A program made the position numbers and the translations under genes. DNA of 63,487 nt, the filler included, from Salisapilia sapeloensis CBS 127946 (taxonomy: Eukaryota; Protista; Oomycota), in the NCBI GenBank assembly GCA_023334545.1. It is 11 parts of 11 records of this genome, joined end to end, with 100 filler letters (N's around TTAATTAATTAA, not from the genome) between each part and the next. Parts side by side here need not be neighbours in the genome. Positions count along the whole stretch, not along the records: positions 60,366 to 62,097 come from JAADVB010001061.1; positions 62,198 to 63,487 come from JAADVB010001212.1; 9 more parts are not named here. One strand, written 5' to 3'. Within the stretch, counting starts at the first letter, position 1, and each line of letters opens with the position of its first letter. This document shows, piece after piece, positions 61,690-63,487 of the stretch. The notes under the pieces are model-generated. The model was not told the origin of the DNA. It did not search any database and saw nothing but the letters and a program-made list of their open reading frames with translations.

Positions 61690-62097
61690 TCAAGCATCAC
61701 GTTTCTCTTCTGCCCTCCATCCTACAGTGGTTACATCATCCTGGCGAAGTCGCAGTTCAGTCATTTTCAGCCACGCCAACTGCCGACCACGCTCTTGCTC
61801 CTTTAGGTCAAGTTCCACCGAACTACTTCTCCATGCGTTTTCAATGATCATGTCCCATTCCTCCGAATCAGTAGAAGCGCCTCGCATAATCGAACCTTCA
61901 TCTGATGAAGGCCCTCTCGACTCAATAATCGGAGTCTCGCCATTGACCGATGTGAACTGGGCAAAGGCGCTCAGTGAGCCTTCAGTTGAAGGACTGCATT
62001 GATCTAAGCCGAACTCATACACCTCGCCAGCGCAGGATTCCCTGTCAGACCAGGCAATAGATCGATCCGTCAGTTGAGAAATCCTAGCTGGTTCAAC
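61690..62097 (-). CDS. C-terminal fragment of a paralog of the 56880-58415 START/FYVE gene
   Basis: Shares EP.RISQ, ESCAGEVYEF, SPSTEGSLS.FAQFTS, QERGRQLAWLKMTELRLRQDD; 5' part lost in gap. Confidence 0.85.
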   Translation of the reverse strand, partial: VEPARISQLTDRSIAWSDRESCAGEVYEFGLDQCSPSTEGSLSAFAQFTSVNGETPIIESRGPSSDEGSIMRGASTDSEEWDMIIENAWRSSSVELDLKEQERGRQLAWLKMTELRLRQDDVTTVGWRAEEKRDA

Positions 62098-62197
62098 NNN
62101 NNNNNNNNNNNNNNNNNNNNNNNNNNNNNNNNNNNNNNNNNTTAATTAATTAANNNNNNNNNNNNNNNNNNNNNNNNNNNNNNNNNNNNNNNNNNNN
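62098..62197. other. Assembly spacer
   Basis: Same 100-bp N/linker structure. Confidence 0.99.
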
Positions 62198-63487
62198 CTG
62201 AAGCGACTGACGATTGGCGTGGAACTCGCTGCTCAGCCAAGTGTCTTGTTCTTAGATGAACCGACGAGTGGTTTGGATGCTCGAAAGGCCAAGCTCATCA
62301 TGGATGGTGTCCGTAAGGTTGCTGACTCTGGTCGGACGATCTTGTGCACCATCCATCAACCGTCGGCTGATGTCTTCTACTTCTTCGACAAGCTCCTCCT
62401 GCTCAAGCGTGGTGGTGAGACCGTCTACTTTGGTGACCTTGGACACCGTGGCAGCGCTATCGTAGACTACTTTTCGCAGTACCCGGGTGTCGATCCGATT
62501 CCAGAGGACTACAATCCTGCGACATGGATGCTCGAAGTCATTGGTGCCGGTGTCGGCCAGGCTGCTGACGCCGCTGGCAGCAAAGCGGCGCCAGACTATG
62601 TCGCTAGCTTCCAGGAAAGCCCTCAGAAGCAGAAGATGGACTCGGAATTGACACAGCCAGGTATGCTGTCTCCAGCGCCTGATAGCTCAGAGCTGTCCTT
62701 CACCAGCAAGCGTGCATCTGATGGCATGGTGCAGTTAAGGATGTTACTACAGCGATTCTTCCAGCTCTTCTGGCGCACACCGTCGTACAATTTGACGCGT
62801 CTTATTATCATGGCGGTTATCGCCTTCATCTACGGCCTCGCTTTTTTGAACAGTGACTACAACAACTACAAGGGAATCAACGGAGGTATCGGTATCACGT
62901 TCGTCGCAACTGTCTTCGTAGGCGTCGTGTCCATGCTCAGTGTACTTCCGATTGCTGCGGATGAGCGAGCTGCGTTCTACCGAGAGCGTGCTGCACAAAC
63001 GTACAACTCGCTCTGGTACTTTATCGCGTTCACGGTCGTGGAGATCCCATACGTGCTCTTCCTGGGTGCTGTCTTCAACGCCATCTACTTCCCCATGGTC
63101 GGCTTCACTGGCTTTGGCGTCTGGGTCTGCTTCTGGTTGGCACTCTGCACCCAGATCCTCTTCTTCGCCTACTTGGGCCAGTTCCTCATGTTTGCGCTGC
63201 CAAGTGTCGAAGTCGCAGCTATCTTCGCGACGCTGTTCAACATGATCTTCTTGAACTTCGTGGGCTTTAATCCGCCGGCTGCATCCATTCCAGCAGGATA
63301 CAAGTGGTTGTACGATATTTCTCCACCGAGGTACCCGTGGAGTATTGTTGCGTCGCTCACCTTTGGTAACTGCCCCGATGATCGGATGGACGAAATCATA
63401 GCATCCAACCGGACCATTGACACAAGTGATTGGGAATTGGGCTGCCGCTTGATGCCGGATGCACCGAGCACCGTTGGCATCAACAAC
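62198..63487 (+). CDS. PDR-type ABCG transporter, second NBD and TMD (both ends truncated)
   Basis: KRLTIGVELAAQPSVLFLDEPTSGLDAR, CTIHQPS, LLLKRGGETVYFG, NPATWMLEVIG, FWRTPSYN, FYRERAAQTY. Confidence 0.95.
   Translation, partial: MKRLTIGVELAAQPSVLFLDEPTSGLDARKAKLIMDGVRKVADSGRTILCTIHQPSADVFYFFDKLLLLKRGGETVYFGDLGHRGSAIVDYFSQYPGVDPIPEDYNPATWMLEVIGAGVGQAADAAGSKAAPDYVASFQESPQKQKMDSELTQPGMLSPAPDSSELSFTSKRASDGMVQLRMLLQRFFQLFWRTPSYNLTRLIIMAVIAFIYGLAFLNSDYNNYKGINGGIGITFVATVFVGVVSMLSVLPIAADERAAFYRERAAQTYNSLWYFIAFTVVEIPYVLFLGAVFNAIYFPMVGFTGFGVWVCFWLALCTQILFFAYLGQFLMFALPSVEVAAIFATLFNMIFLNFVGFNPPAASIPAGYKWLYDISPPRYPWSIVASLTFGNCPDDRMDEIIASNRTIDTSDWELGCRLMPDAPSTVGINN

Noticed and set aside
1-63487. CRISPR array, rRNA or prokaryotic operon
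   Set aside because: No regularly spaced repeat-spacer array or rRNA-like sequence seen; spliceosomal introns and eukaryotic genes throughout.

Overview
Eukaryotic genomic DNA, most likely an oomycete (PL3 pectate lyase with an INR/FPR-type promoter, START+FYVE proteins, an elicitin-like domain, PDR-type ABCG, oomycete-type LTR relics). Species cannot be assigned from sequence alone. The window is 11 contigs joined by ten identical 100-bp spacers (44 N + TTAATTAATTAA + 44 N), so order and distance across gaps are not trustworthy. About 25 protein genes or fragments with short (mostly 47-64 bp) introns can be read, including Rpt2, a TEY MAP kinase, a USP, a sodium:solute symporter, a 2-hydroxyacid dehydrogenase and a large LRR-IQ protein. 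There is one tRNA-Lys(UUU), three copies of a 350-bp LTR and a nested transposon graveyard at about 37.2-42.7 kb. Top leads: (1) a spliced DGCR8/Pasha-like gene (WW/Rhed-like domain plus a dsRBD2-like domain); (2) a signal peptide / elicitin-like domain / TM / TKL kinase receptor architecture; (3) two gene-carrying contigs each bounded by exactly 141-bp perfect inverted repeats. Family assignments rest on motif recognition from memory and need database confirmation.
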